Shown here: in pieces, positions 26,689 to 35,169 of the stretch | Position numbering within the stretch: position 1 is the first letter of the stretch | How the letters are laid out: each line of letters begins with the position of its first letter | NCBI GenBank assembly: GCA_965208105.1 | Contig: OZ242318.1 | Span: 1,760,001-1,824,000, forward strand | Length of the DNA stretch: 64,000 nucleotides | Source of the DNA: Candidatus Latescibacterota bacterium | GTDB lineage: Bacteria; Latescibacterota; UBA2968; UBA8231 | Direction of reading: 5' to 3' | The notes under the pieces: model-generated | Told to the model about the DNA's origin: nothing | Databases searched by the model: none | The model's input: only the letters and a program-made list of their open reading frames with translations | Program-made: the position numbers and the translations under genes

Positions 26689-28737
26689 TCAGTAGGCCAC
26701 AGCAACTGGTCGAATCCGAATTTCGTCTCCCCGATCTAGACGGGCTTTAACTCGCACCAGGTAGATACCGGGAGGCACTACATCGCCTTCATCGTCCCGA
26801 CCATCCCAATATCCCGGCGCCGTCGAGGCATCGCGGTTGCCAGGCGGGCGCAAGTACTGGCCACCGACAAGACGGGAATCAAGTTGACGAACCACCCTGC
26901 CACTCAGGTCGAGAATACTAATTTCCATATCCTGAGGTTCACTAACCCGAGAAAGGGTGAATTCAACGACGGTAGCGTCATTGATGTTATCGCCATTAGG
27001 AGTAATCACTTCGGGACTGATTCGCACGGAACTGAGGACCGTGCCTTCCACATCAGTTGCGCGAACACTCCATGATCGCCCGGACGAAGTGTCTTCCTCG
27101 CCGTTGAGGATCTCGTCCGAATCGGGTGCAAAAAATTGGGACGAAAAATCAAATTCGTTGGTCAGGAGCCGGGCCGCAAAGCTCACTTCAAGAGTTCCGT
27201 CACTATTCCAAGGCTCCGCGAAGGTAATCTCTATGCCATTGCCCAGAATCACCCTCTCCTTCTCGGTGACTCCCGCCGGCAAGGTGAGCTGCACGTCGGT
27301 AGCCAGACTCGGCATGGCAATGAGCAACCTTTCCACTCCAGCGTCATCGTCTCCAAATGAGAGGTCGAGGGTGTAGGTAAATGTGGTGTCTCGGCCCAAA
27401 ATCACACTGTTTGGGACAACCCAACCCAGTGCCTGGGATACTGGAAACGTATCGGTGAACTCGACGGAAAGATTGTCAAATCGAGGGGCAAGGTCCTCGA
27501 ATTCAGCACTCATATTGACCCGGTACTGCAGGAGATTCCTGGGTTCCGGTACGGTCAACTCCGCTTCGAAATCGGTAATTTCATCACTCCATTCACTCCA
27601 TGCGGCCTCGTCATCCTGGTTTGCACTTCTAAACTGCAATGAAATGGCCGCCCCCTCGGGAATTTCTCCATCCCACCGGACCCGGCCGAAATTTTTTCTC
27701 CCCTGTGCCCCCAGATCAATCGCCTCGGAAACATATGCTCCAGAAGGGGTGGCGCCCGTTCCAAAAACTTGAATTTCCGCCACCCGGGAACGTCGCAGCG
27801 GATCTACCTGGGCGATAACCACGCGGACGAAGCGAGCGAACAGCTCGTCGATCTGCACGGCGGTCGACTCTTTTTCTTCAATGTCATTGAGAACACCCAT
27901 CTCGGTCCACTGGAAACCGTCGTTGCTCACCTGAACCGCGTAGCCACGAAGGGAATTTTCCTCGAAATCTTCCATATTCTCACCCGCGGTGAGCACGCGG
28001 ACCTCGTTAACCAGCCTCGGGGTCAAAAGGTCGACTGTGGCCGCGGTATTAATCGCATCGACATTGACCGTCCATACACTTCCGGGATCTCCGTCGAAAA
28101 CCTCGGGCCTATTCGAGGACGGTTTGTTAAGGGCCAGATTTTCGCCCTCGACGTTGCGCAAGGTGAGGCCGCCATCGGACCTTCCCAGATCTATGCCGCC
28201 GGGGAAACCATAGATTATCTCCGCGTTGAGGCTGTCCACCCTCCCCGACACACTACCCAGGTCCAAATTACCTCCCTGCACCGGAGACCAGGCATCGTCC
28301 TCACTTAAATCGGCGGTGGTCCAATCGCCCCCCGTCTGGGCCTGTTCGGTCCAACGCCAGATCTCGTTCAGGCCGCTGGGTGTACTGATCCAGGCCTCGT
28401 TATCCGTGGATACTTCAACTAGCAGTCCACTGCCCAATCCTCCGCCTCGATTTTGCACGATAACCGCAATGTCGTTTTGGCTCCCAACCTCGACCGGGTA
28501 CTCCTCCATGGCGGACCAGTCGGCGTCCGAGCCTAGACTGCTACCGTTGAAAAACACCTCGTACTCGTCGACGGCCGTAATGCGCAAGGTTCCACTTCCG
28601 GCCTCAGCTGCGCCAAAGGAATATCGGAAATAGAGGGTTTGTCCCCACTCATCCACTATCCATTCATCCGCCCCGAGACTCGAACCCATCAACACCAGAG
28701 CAAACCCCGTTGCTAGAATTTTGCTAATCGGCTTCAT
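26689..28737 (-). CDS. Secreted protein with discoidin/F5-8 type C-like domain and C-terminal FlgD-Ig/T9SS-CTD-like domain (copy 2)
   Basis: Signal MKPISKILATGFALVLMGSSLGA; LRITAVDEYEVFFNG; NLALNK...FDGD...W; YAVQVSNDG; ARFVRV...VAEIQVFG; ITPNGDNINDAT...WDGRDDEGDVVPPGIYLVRV...VAVAY. Confidence 0.78.
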   Translation of the reverse strand: MKPISKILATGFALVLMGSSLGADEWIVDEWGQTLYFRYSFGAAEAGSGTLRITAVDEYEVFFNGSSLGSDADWSAMEEYPVEVGSQNDIAVIVQNRGGGLGSGLLVEVSTDNEAWISTPSGLNEIWRWTEQAQTGGDWTTADLSEDDAWSPVQGGNLDLGSVSGRVDSLNAEIIYGFPGGIDLGRSDGGLTLRNVEGENLALNKPSSNRPEVFDGDPGSVWTVNVDAINTAATVDLLTPRLVNEVRVLTAGENMEDFEENSLRGYAVQVSNDGFQWTEMGVLNDIEEKESTAVQIDELFARFVRVVIAQVDPLRRSRVAEIQVFGTGATPSGAYVSEAIDLGAQGRKNFGRVRWDGEIPEGAAISLQFRSANQDDEAAWSEWSDEITDFEAELTVPEPRNLLQYRVNMSAEFEDLAPRFDNLSVEFTDTFPVSQALGWVVPNSVILGRDTTFTYTLDLSFGDDDAGVERLLIAMPSLATDVQLTLPAGVTEKERVILGNGIEITFAEPWNSDGTLEVSFAARLLTNEFDFSSQFFAPDSDEILNGEEDTSSGRSWSVRATDVEGTVLSSVRISPEVITPNGDNINDATVVEFTLSRVSEPQDMEISILDLSGRVVRQLDSRLVGGQYLRPPGNRDASTAPGYWDGRDDEGDVVPPGIYLVRVKARLDRGDEIRIRPVAVAY

Positions 28738-28769
28738 AAATTCATCATCCCATATCGTATGTGTAGAGC

Positions 28770-30848
28770 TCAATAAGCCACGGCCACCGGCCGGACCCGA
28801 ATTTCTTCTTCCCGACCCAGAACAGCTCGCACCCGAACGAGGTAGATTCCAGGCGGGACAACGGCTCCTTCTTCGTCCCGGCCATCCCAGTATCCAGGAG
28901 CTTCGGAAGGATCGCGGGTGACCGGTGGGCGCAGATACTGACCACCCACCAGACGGGACTCAAGTTGTCGAATCACCCGGCCGGAAAGATCGAGAATGCT
29001 GATTTCCATGTCCTGAGGTTCAATAACCCTGGAAAGGGTGAATTCAACCACTGTCGCGTCGTTGATGTCATCGCCATTCGGGGTGATAACCCCCGGATTG
29101 AGCCGCAACTTGCTGAGCACCGGGCCACTAGCGCCAGTTGCGCGGACCTTCCAGGATCCGTCCAGAAAATTTTCCTCGCTGTTGAGGGCATCTAACTCAC
29201 CAGGACCGAAGAGCTGGGCGGCAAAGACAAACTGACCCGTCAAAAGGCGAGCAACAAAACTGACCTCGAGGGTCCCGTCTGTTTTCCAGGGATCGGCAAA
29301 TTTTATCTCGAGGCCGTCTCCCAGAATCGCCATATCCTCCTCGGCGACTCCCTCAGGCAACTTGACCTGCACATCCGAGGCCAGGCTGGGCATGGCGATC
29401 ACCAGCCGTTCCACACCCGCGTCGTCATCACCGAAGGTGAGGTCGAGGAAATATGTAAAGGTCGTATCCCGGCCCAAGATCACGTCATTGGGCACAACCC
29501 GGCTCCGGGCTTCGGATACTGGAAAGGTGTCGGAGAATTCAATGGCTAGACTGTCGAGGCGAGGGGGTGCATCTACAAATTCAGCACTGAGATTGACCCT
29601 GTACTGCAACAAAGTCTTGGGTTCCGGCACTGAGAAGATTCCTTCATTCTCCACGACCTCTTCACTCCAATCGCTCCAGGAATCCTCCTCCTGATCAGCG
29701 CTCCTGAACTGCAGGGAAATGGAGGAGCCTTCAGGAATGTCACCCCACCACCGAACACGCCCGAAATTTTTGGCTTTGTCCGTTCCCAGGTCAAGTGCCT
29801 CCGAGATGTAAGTCCCAGATAAAACAGCTCCTTGTCCCAGCACTTGGATCTCGGCGACTTCGGAAATGCGCTGAGGGATGACTTGGGAGATCACAATGCG
29901 GACATAACGAGCGAAAATTGGATCGAATTGGATAGAGGGACGCTCGAACAGCCCCGCTTCCAGAATGTTGTTGAAAACTCCCACCTCGGTCCACTGAAAC
30001 AAGTCATTGCTCACCTGAACAGCAAAACCCACCAGGGAATTGGCTTCAAAATCCCCCTCTTTGGTTGGATTGGTTAGGATGCGTACCTCGGAAACCAGGC
30101 GCCGGGTCAGAAGGTCGATGGTTGCGGAGCCGTTCAACGTCTCATCTCTGACAGTCCACCAGGTATTTGGACGGCCGTCGAAGGCCGCCGCTCGTTCCAG
30201 TGACCGCCTTCCAATGGCCAGGTTCTCGCCCTCGATACTGCGCAGGGTAATTCCGCCCTCGGGGCGACTGAGGTCAACGTCACCGGCAAACCCTGCAATA
30301 ACCTCGGTGTTTAAAGTATCCTCCCACCCTGAAATTATGGCCCGGTCGAGATTTCCTCGCTGGACCGGCTGCCAGGTATCCAGCTTGTTCAATTCAAAAG
30401 TATCTTCCATGAGCCACCCGACATCTTCCCCTTCTTCCTGTGGCTCAACAGTCCAGAGCCATAGCTCATTAAGCCCAGCGGTAGTACTTATCCAACTTTT
30501 CTCTTCGGTATCCAGTTCAAGCAGCAAACCGCTGCCTTCATTGCCCCCGCTGTTGCGCACCACGACACCGATGTGGTTCGCCCTTCTCCCCAGAGCAACG
30601 GTGTACTCGTCCATGCTCTTCCAGTCGTCCCCCGCGTCCGTAACCCTTTCGCCGTTGAAAAAAAGCTCATATGCGTCAACTGCCGTCACGCGCAGGGTGG
30701 CATCCGCCGGCTGCGAGGAATTGTTGAAGGTAAAGCGGTAATAAGTGGTTTGTTCCCACTGCCTGGCCTTCCATTCCGTCGCGCCGCTGGTACGCCCCTC
30801 CATCAAAAGGGCAATTCCCAAAATCGAAATCAAAATTTTTATTTTCAT
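28770..30848 (-). CDS. Secreted protein with discoidin/F5-8 type C-like domain and C-terminal FlgD-Ig/T9SS-CTD-like domain (copy 1)
   Basis: Tandem paralogue of 26689-28737 with the same domain order and near-identical C-terminal ~250 aa (ITPNGDDINDATVVEFTLSRV...APGYWDGRDEEG..VPPGIYLVRV...RPVAVAY). The start could be 30857. Confidence 0.78.
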   Translation of the reverse strand: MKIKILISILGIALLMEGRTSGATEWKARQWEQTTYYRFTFNNSSQPADATLRVTAVDAYELFFNGERVTDAGDDWKSMDEYTVALGRRANHIGVVVRNSGGNEGSGLLLELDTEEKSWISTTAGLNELWLWTVEPQEEGEDVGWLMEDTFELNKLDTWQPVQRGNLDRAIISGWEDTLNTEVIAGFAGDVDLSRPEGGITLRSIEGENLAIGRRSLERAAAFDGRPNTWWTVRDETLNGSATIDLLTRRLVSEVRILTNPTKEGDFEANSLVGFAVQVSNDLFQWTEVGVFNNILEAGLFERPSIQFDPIFARYVRIVISQVIPQRISEVAEIQVLGQGAVLSGTYISEALDLGTDKAKNFGRVRWWGDIPEGSSISLQFRSADQEEDSWSDWSEEVVENEGIFSVPEPKTLLQYRVNLSAEFVDAPPRLDSLAIEFSDTFPVSEARSRVVPNDVILGRDTTFTYFLDLTFGDDDAGVERLVIAMPSLASDVQVKLPEGVAEEDMAILGDGLEIKFADPWKTDGTLEVSFVARLLTGQFVFAAQLFGPGELDALNSEENFLDGSWKVRATGASGPVLSKLRLNPGVITPNGDDINDATVVEFTLSRVIEPQDMEISILDLSGRVIRQLESRLVGGQYLRPPVTRDPSEAPGYWDGRDEEGAVVPPGIYLVRVRAVLGREEEIRVRPVAVAY

Positions 30849-30865
30849 ACGACCCATTATTCCAG

Positions 30866-31333
30866 TTAGGCATCTGCTCCGATATAGGGTTGGTTGTCCC
30901 CAACGGTAATTGCCTTAGTCTCTGGGTTCACCACCATCTTCTGATAAGCCCCGAAGGGCTTCCAGCGTCTCGCTTTATTTTCCCATTCGTACTCTGGTTC
31001 TTCCTTGGGATTCGCAATTCCGATCAGGTTGAATGCCTCCTGCTCGTCAAAGGTATCCATATACTTGAAGGTGTAGGTTACGTAGTTGGACCTGCCGTCC
31101 TTCAAAACCACGAAAACCCAGACTCCCTTCACGTCCTTCCACTGAATGGTATCTATGTTATTGTGCTTGTGAATAAAAATGTCACACTCACCTAGTCTCT
31201 CCTCCAACGCCTCTCGAGTTTGGCCCAGCAGTTCGTAAACATCCAATTTTGTCTTTGACTGATTACTGTCACTACAACCAACCCCAATCACGAGAGCCAG
31301 AGGAACCAGGAGCTTCCAGTTGATCAACGCCAT
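30866..31333 (-). CDS. Small lipoprotein, hypothetical
   Basis: MALINWKLLVPLALVIGVG-C lipobox-like signal; first gene of the leftward operon. Alternative start at 31381. Confidence 0.6.
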   Translation of the reverse strand: MALINWKLLVPLALVIGVGCSDSNQSKTKLDVYELLGQTREALEERLGECDIFIHKHNNIDTIQWKDVKGVWVFVVLKDGRSNYVTYTFKYMDTFDEQEAFNLIGIANPKEEPEYEWENKARRWKPFGAYQKMVVNPETKAITVGDNQPYIGADA

Positions 31334-31381
31334 GCCAAGACGTACTTGCAACCAATTGGTATTTTTAGACTTAACTGCCAT

Positions 31382-31908
31382 TATCTTCGTTGTATTCTCA
31401 ACGCGGCCCCCCGTTTTTTCCTAGTTTCACCCATAACATTGGCAATCTGGCGGCCATTGTCAAGGATTTTGTTTGGGCGCATCGGACGACAAAAATTAAA
31501 ATAATATTTTGTTTTTAAAAAATTTATAGAACTATTAATTCGAGCCGTAAATTCCTCTAGTCCCTCTCTACTCCCTCAAGTTTGAATGGTTCTGTTTCTT
31601 GGCAATGTGAAGGTATTGTCCAGCGTCAAATTGATCATTATTATCTGGAATAAGTCCGGGCTTTGTCAAGGAAAATATTCTTTGGGGATCGTCAAGGATT
31701 TTATTAAATTGATTTCAAAGATACCCGGTAAATCCACTTGCAGAGGTTCGAGGAGACATAAGTGCCAAAATATTCAAAATATTCTTGGGTTTTGTTTCTT
31801 GTTTTATTACATTGTGGATGATTTGGATGGGTAGATGATCTTAATGCAATATTATCTTTAACGACAACTTAACGGCAACATCCCTTCTATAATGAAAAGG
31901 AGAATTCA
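31382..31908. promoter_or_regulatory. AT-rich divergent promoter region
   Basis: About 530 bp, strongly AT-rich, between divergent operons. Minus-strand TTGACA at 31463-31458 and 31669-31664, the latter 18 bp from GATAAT. AAAAGGAG RBS before exbB. Confidence 0.6.
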
Positions 31909-32646
31909 ATGGACACTTTAGTTTCCGGTGGCGTTTTGATGGTCCCTCTCGGACTTTGCGCGCTGCTTGGCCTTGCCTTCATCATCGAGAGATTTTTGGT
32001 CCTGGGGAAGGTTCCGGACGACAGTACCGCCCAAAATGAATTTGAAGAAGCGGAACGCATTCTGCTGAACGATGGCGAAGTCGCAGCCGCTCAGCACTGC
32101 AACAACGGTAGTGGTCCGCTGAATTACATCTTTGCCGCACTGATCAAACGCTTTGACACGCTTATGGTCGAACTTCGGGAATTCAAGCAGACCAATGAGA
32201 GGCTCGGGCAATTGGCGGAACAGGCTGGGGCTGGAAGCCTCGGAAATTTTCTAATCCAGCAAAAGGAGCTGTCGGACCTCAAGGAGGAATTGATTCTGGA
32301 GACCGAGGAAGCCGGGAAAAACTACCTGGGGAAATCCCTTGTATTGCTGAACACGATAGGAAATATTTCGCCGCTGCTGGGCCTTCTGGGTACCATTCTG
32401 GGTATGATCACCGCCTTCGAGGCCATTGCGGTTGCAGGAACTGGCGATCCCAAGGTGGTTGCCGGCGGTATCTCACAGGCTCTCGTCACCACCGCGACCG
32501 GGTTGTCCATTGCCATCCCTTCCATTGTGGCCTATCGCTACTTTGCCCGCAGGGCCGACAGTCTCCGATCCAAACTCAATGTCTACGGCCATGCCTTTGC
32601 CAATACCCTGCTTGTGGCTGGCCAGACCCAGATGGAGAAAGAATAA
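31909..32646 (+). CDS. exbB: MotA/TolQ/ExbB proton channel protein
   Basis: GGVLMVPL...IIERF; LNTIGNISPLLGLLGTILGMITAF; VAGGISQALVTTATGLSIAIP. Confidence 0.92.
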   Translation: MDTLVSGGVLMVPLGLCALLGLAFIIERFLVLGKVPDDSTAQNEFEEAERILLNDGEVAAAQHCNNGSGPLNYIFAALIKRFDTLMVELREFKQTNERLGQLAEQAGAGSLGNFLIQQKELSDLKEELILETEEAGKNYLGKSLVLLNTIGNISPLLGLLGTILGMITAFEAIAVAGTGDPKVVAGGISQALVTTATGLSIAIPSIVAYRYFARRADSLRSKLNVYGHAFANTLLVAGQTQMEKE

Positions 32647-32655
32647 GGGCAGCCC

Positions 32656-33081
32656 ATGGCCATTGTTCATCGACGCACACGAGAAAGTTTATCAGGGGAA
32701 GAAGACACAGACCTGACTCCTTTGATTGACTGTGTCTTCCTTTTGCTGATCTTCTTCATGGTTACAACTGTCTTTCTTCACGCAAAAGGGCTTGATGTGG
32801 ATTTGCCCGCCAAGAGCGAAGCGACCGAGCAGGAGAAGAAAAAGGATATCAACATTTATATCGATCCTGAAGGCAGGATTCAGCTCGGAGGCGAAGATGT
32901 TGCTCCGGAAGGGTTAGTGAATCGAATCAAGGAGGCCATGGTAGAAGCCAACAACGAGAACATTATTGTCCAGGCCCATTTTGACTGCCCCCAGAAACAT
33001 GTGATTCTGGTAGTCGATGCAGCCAAAGCAGCGGATGTAGTCGGCATTGCTTTTGCCAAGGAAGAAGGAGGTAGTCTCTAG
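32656..33081 (+). CDS. exbD: ExbD/TolR biopolymer transport protein 1
   Basis: DLTPLIDCVFLLLIFFMVTT (conserved TM Asp), GLDVDLP. Confidence 0.92.
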   Translation: MAIVHRRTRESLSGEEDTDLTPLIDCVFLLLIFFMVTTVFLHAKGLDVDLPAKSEATEQEKKKDINIYIDPEGRIQLGGEDVAPEGLVNRIKEAMVEANNENIIVQAHFDCPQKHVILVVDAAKAADVVGIAFAKEEGGSL

Positions 33082-33082
33082 A

Positions 33083-33496
33083 ATGCCCAGGCGGCGATCT
33101 TCCATGCAACCGGAGAGTACCGAACTCAATCTGACCCCGATGATCGATTGCGTATTCTTGCTGATTATCTTCTTCATGGTCACAACGGTCTTCAAGGAAC
33201 CTCACAGCCTTAAGGTTGAACTTCCTGAGGCACGCCAATCCAATATCGTGGAAGAGAAAAAGCTTGTGGCCAGCATCGATAAATCAGGGCAGATGGAGAT
33301 CAACCGCCATTTGGTGAGCTTGGCGGAGCTTCCCAGTTTGCTTGCCCAGGAAAAGCAGAATACCCGCAGCATAACCCTGATTATCCGCACGGATAAAGAC
33401 ACCCGACATGGCCCTGTACTGGAAACAATGGAAATCGCCAAGAGACTTCAAATTGAAAAAGTCGTATTGGCGACAGAGGAACTCAAGGACAATTAG
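33083..33496 (+). CDS. exbD: ExbD/TolR biopolymer transport protein 2
   Basis: ELNLTPMIDCVFLLIIFFMVTT, LKVELPEA, IRTDK. ATG at 33083 follows AGGAGG. Confidence 0.92.
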   Translation: MPRRRSSMQPESTELNLTPMIDCVFLLIIFFMVTTVFKEPHSLKVELPEARQSNIVEEKKLVASIDKSGQMEINRHLVSLAELPSLLAQEKQNTRSITLIIRTDKDTRHGPVLETMEIAKRLQIEKVVLATEELKDN

Positions 33497-33798
33497 GAAC
33501 ACCACCCAACCTCCTGCCACATCTTCAGGTTAATCTTTCCCGCGCCTGTAACCTGGTCTTCAACATGGATCCCGCTGCCTCATCCCGGGATCCATTGCCA
33601 TGTACCCCGCAACCTGCCTTGCCCTGTTGACCATCCTGACCTGAATCCTTCCCTGCCTGGTCGCATTATCGACACGACTGGACCGGTTCCTCCTCGGATC
33701 GGTTGATGCCGGTCCTCAGGCGCTAGATATCACCTCCGTCTGCTCCACCTCTGCCATCCCCGTAATCTCGAGCCAGGCAGATCCAACCCTGCACCTCG

Positions 33799-34956
33799 TT
33801 ACCAGTTTGTATACGATCCGTCAGTTCGCGAAAGGTGGGGAGCCTCCCAAAACTGGAATTTCTGTTCCTTTGCGGCTTCTTCGTTGAAGGAAACCCCAAG
33901 CCCTGGACTATCTGGAACGAGTATCCGGTCTCCATGCAACTTCAATTGGCAGGGGAAAATTGTTTTGTCGTAGAACTGGGGGTCTTCGGTCGGGGACTCG
34001 CGGATTTCCATCCAGGAGAAATTGGGGATTGCGGCCGCGAGATGGACAGTTGCTGCAGTGCAGATCGGGCCCAGGGGATTGTGCGGCATCAGGTCGATGT
34101 AGTGTGCCTCCGCCATTGCAGCGACTTTCATTGATTCGGTGAAACCACCCACGTTGCAAATGTCCAGGCGGGCAAAATTAGCAATCCCTTTCTCAATGTA
34201 GGGCAGAAACTGCCACTTGCTTGAAAACTCCTCGCCAATCGCAAAAGGAATTTCGGTCATGGTCCGAAGCGACTGGTAGGCCGCTGGAGATTCGTCGCGA
34301 ATCGGCTCTTCCAGGAAGTCGATGGTCCCCCTCGGCATTCGCTGGCAGAATGACGCCGCCTCAGCGACAGACAGGCGATGGTGATAGTCGATGCCGATTG
34401 TCGGCCCGGAGCCCAGTTCCCTGCGCAGCTCCTTCAGCCAATCCGCCGTCAATCCGATTGACTCGCGAGGCTCGAATATACCTTCTTCTTCCTTCCTCGG
34501 GCTGGCCATTGCGGTACGAATCACCTTCCACCCTTTGTGGACCAAGAGCCTCCCATCTTCGATCAGTTGCTCCAGTGAGGACATTCCGCAAGAGGGGAAG
34601 CACTGCACAGCATCTCGCTGCTTCCCCCCCAGCAGCTGGTGTACGGGAATATCCAGCGACTTTGCGACAATGTCGTGAAGGGCTATATCGATCGCCGATA
34701 TGGCCGCTGTCAGGACGCGGCCGCCCTCGAAGTACTGGCTTCGGTACATCTCCTGCCACAAGGCACCCCTGGGCTTTGGATCACGACCGATCAGAAACTC
34801 GCGAAAGTGTTCGATCGCCCCCATCACCGCCAACTCTCTTCCGGAAAGACCAGATTCTCCGAGGCCGTCAATCCCTTCGTCCGTTTCAATCTTCACGACG
34901 AGCTGATTTCGGCGGCCAACCCAAACGGGGTATGCCCTTATATCCGTAATTTTCAA
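33799..34956 (-). CDS. Mandelate racemase/muconate lactonizing enzyme family protein (galactonate dehydratase-like)
   Basis: VKIETDEGIDGLGE, AISAIDIALHDI, IDYHHRL, FLEEP, IGEE, PHNPLGP, PGLGV. TTG start after GGGGGA. Confidence 0.88.
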   Translation of the reverse strand: MKITDIRAYPVWVGRRNQLVVKIETDEGIDGLGESGLSGRELAVMGAIEHFREFLIGRDPKPRGALWQEMYRSQYFEGGRVLTAAISAIDIALHDIVAKSLDIPVHQLLGGKQRDAVQCFPSCGMSSLEQLIEDGRLLVHKGWKVIRTAMASPRKEEEGIFEPRESIGLTADWLKELRRELGSGPTIGIDYHHRLSVAEAASFCQRMPRGTIDFLEEPIRDESPAAYQSLRTMTEIPFAIGEEFSSKWQFLPYIEKGIANFARLDICNVGGFTESMKVAAMAEAHYIDLMPHNPLGPICTAATVHLAAAIPNFSWMEIRESPTEDPQFYDKTIFPCQLKLHGDRILVPDSPGLGVSFNEEAAKEQKFQFWEAPHLSRTDGSYTNW

Positions 34957-35169
34957 ACGTTCCCCCCTTTCCTCATGAGTGGTAATTCTCGCCTATGCCC
35001 CGGCGGATACTTTTTTTCTCGCACCATCACTCTGGCTTGAGAAGAATTGCCTGTCGTCCAAGGGCGGCGCATTGTTTGGTCCTGGCCATAGGGCTATATT
35101 CGTTCTCATTGGTGCCCAGCTGCATGGAATCAATGAAATCCAAGGCTTGACATTCGGCAAGGAACACTG

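Noticed and set aside
26689-30848. Flagellar hook-capping FlgD genes
   Set aside because: Only the C-terminal Ig-like domain resembles FlgD. The proteins have Sec signal peptides and there are no flagellar genes nearby.
31586-31834. 82 aa ORF in the AT-rich intergenic region
   Set aside because: No RBS, atypical composition and overlap with promoter-like motifs.
33497-33798. Structured RNA or MITE between exbD2 and the dehydratase
   Set aside because: Only short imperfect hairpins; no terminal inverted repeats or second copy in the window.
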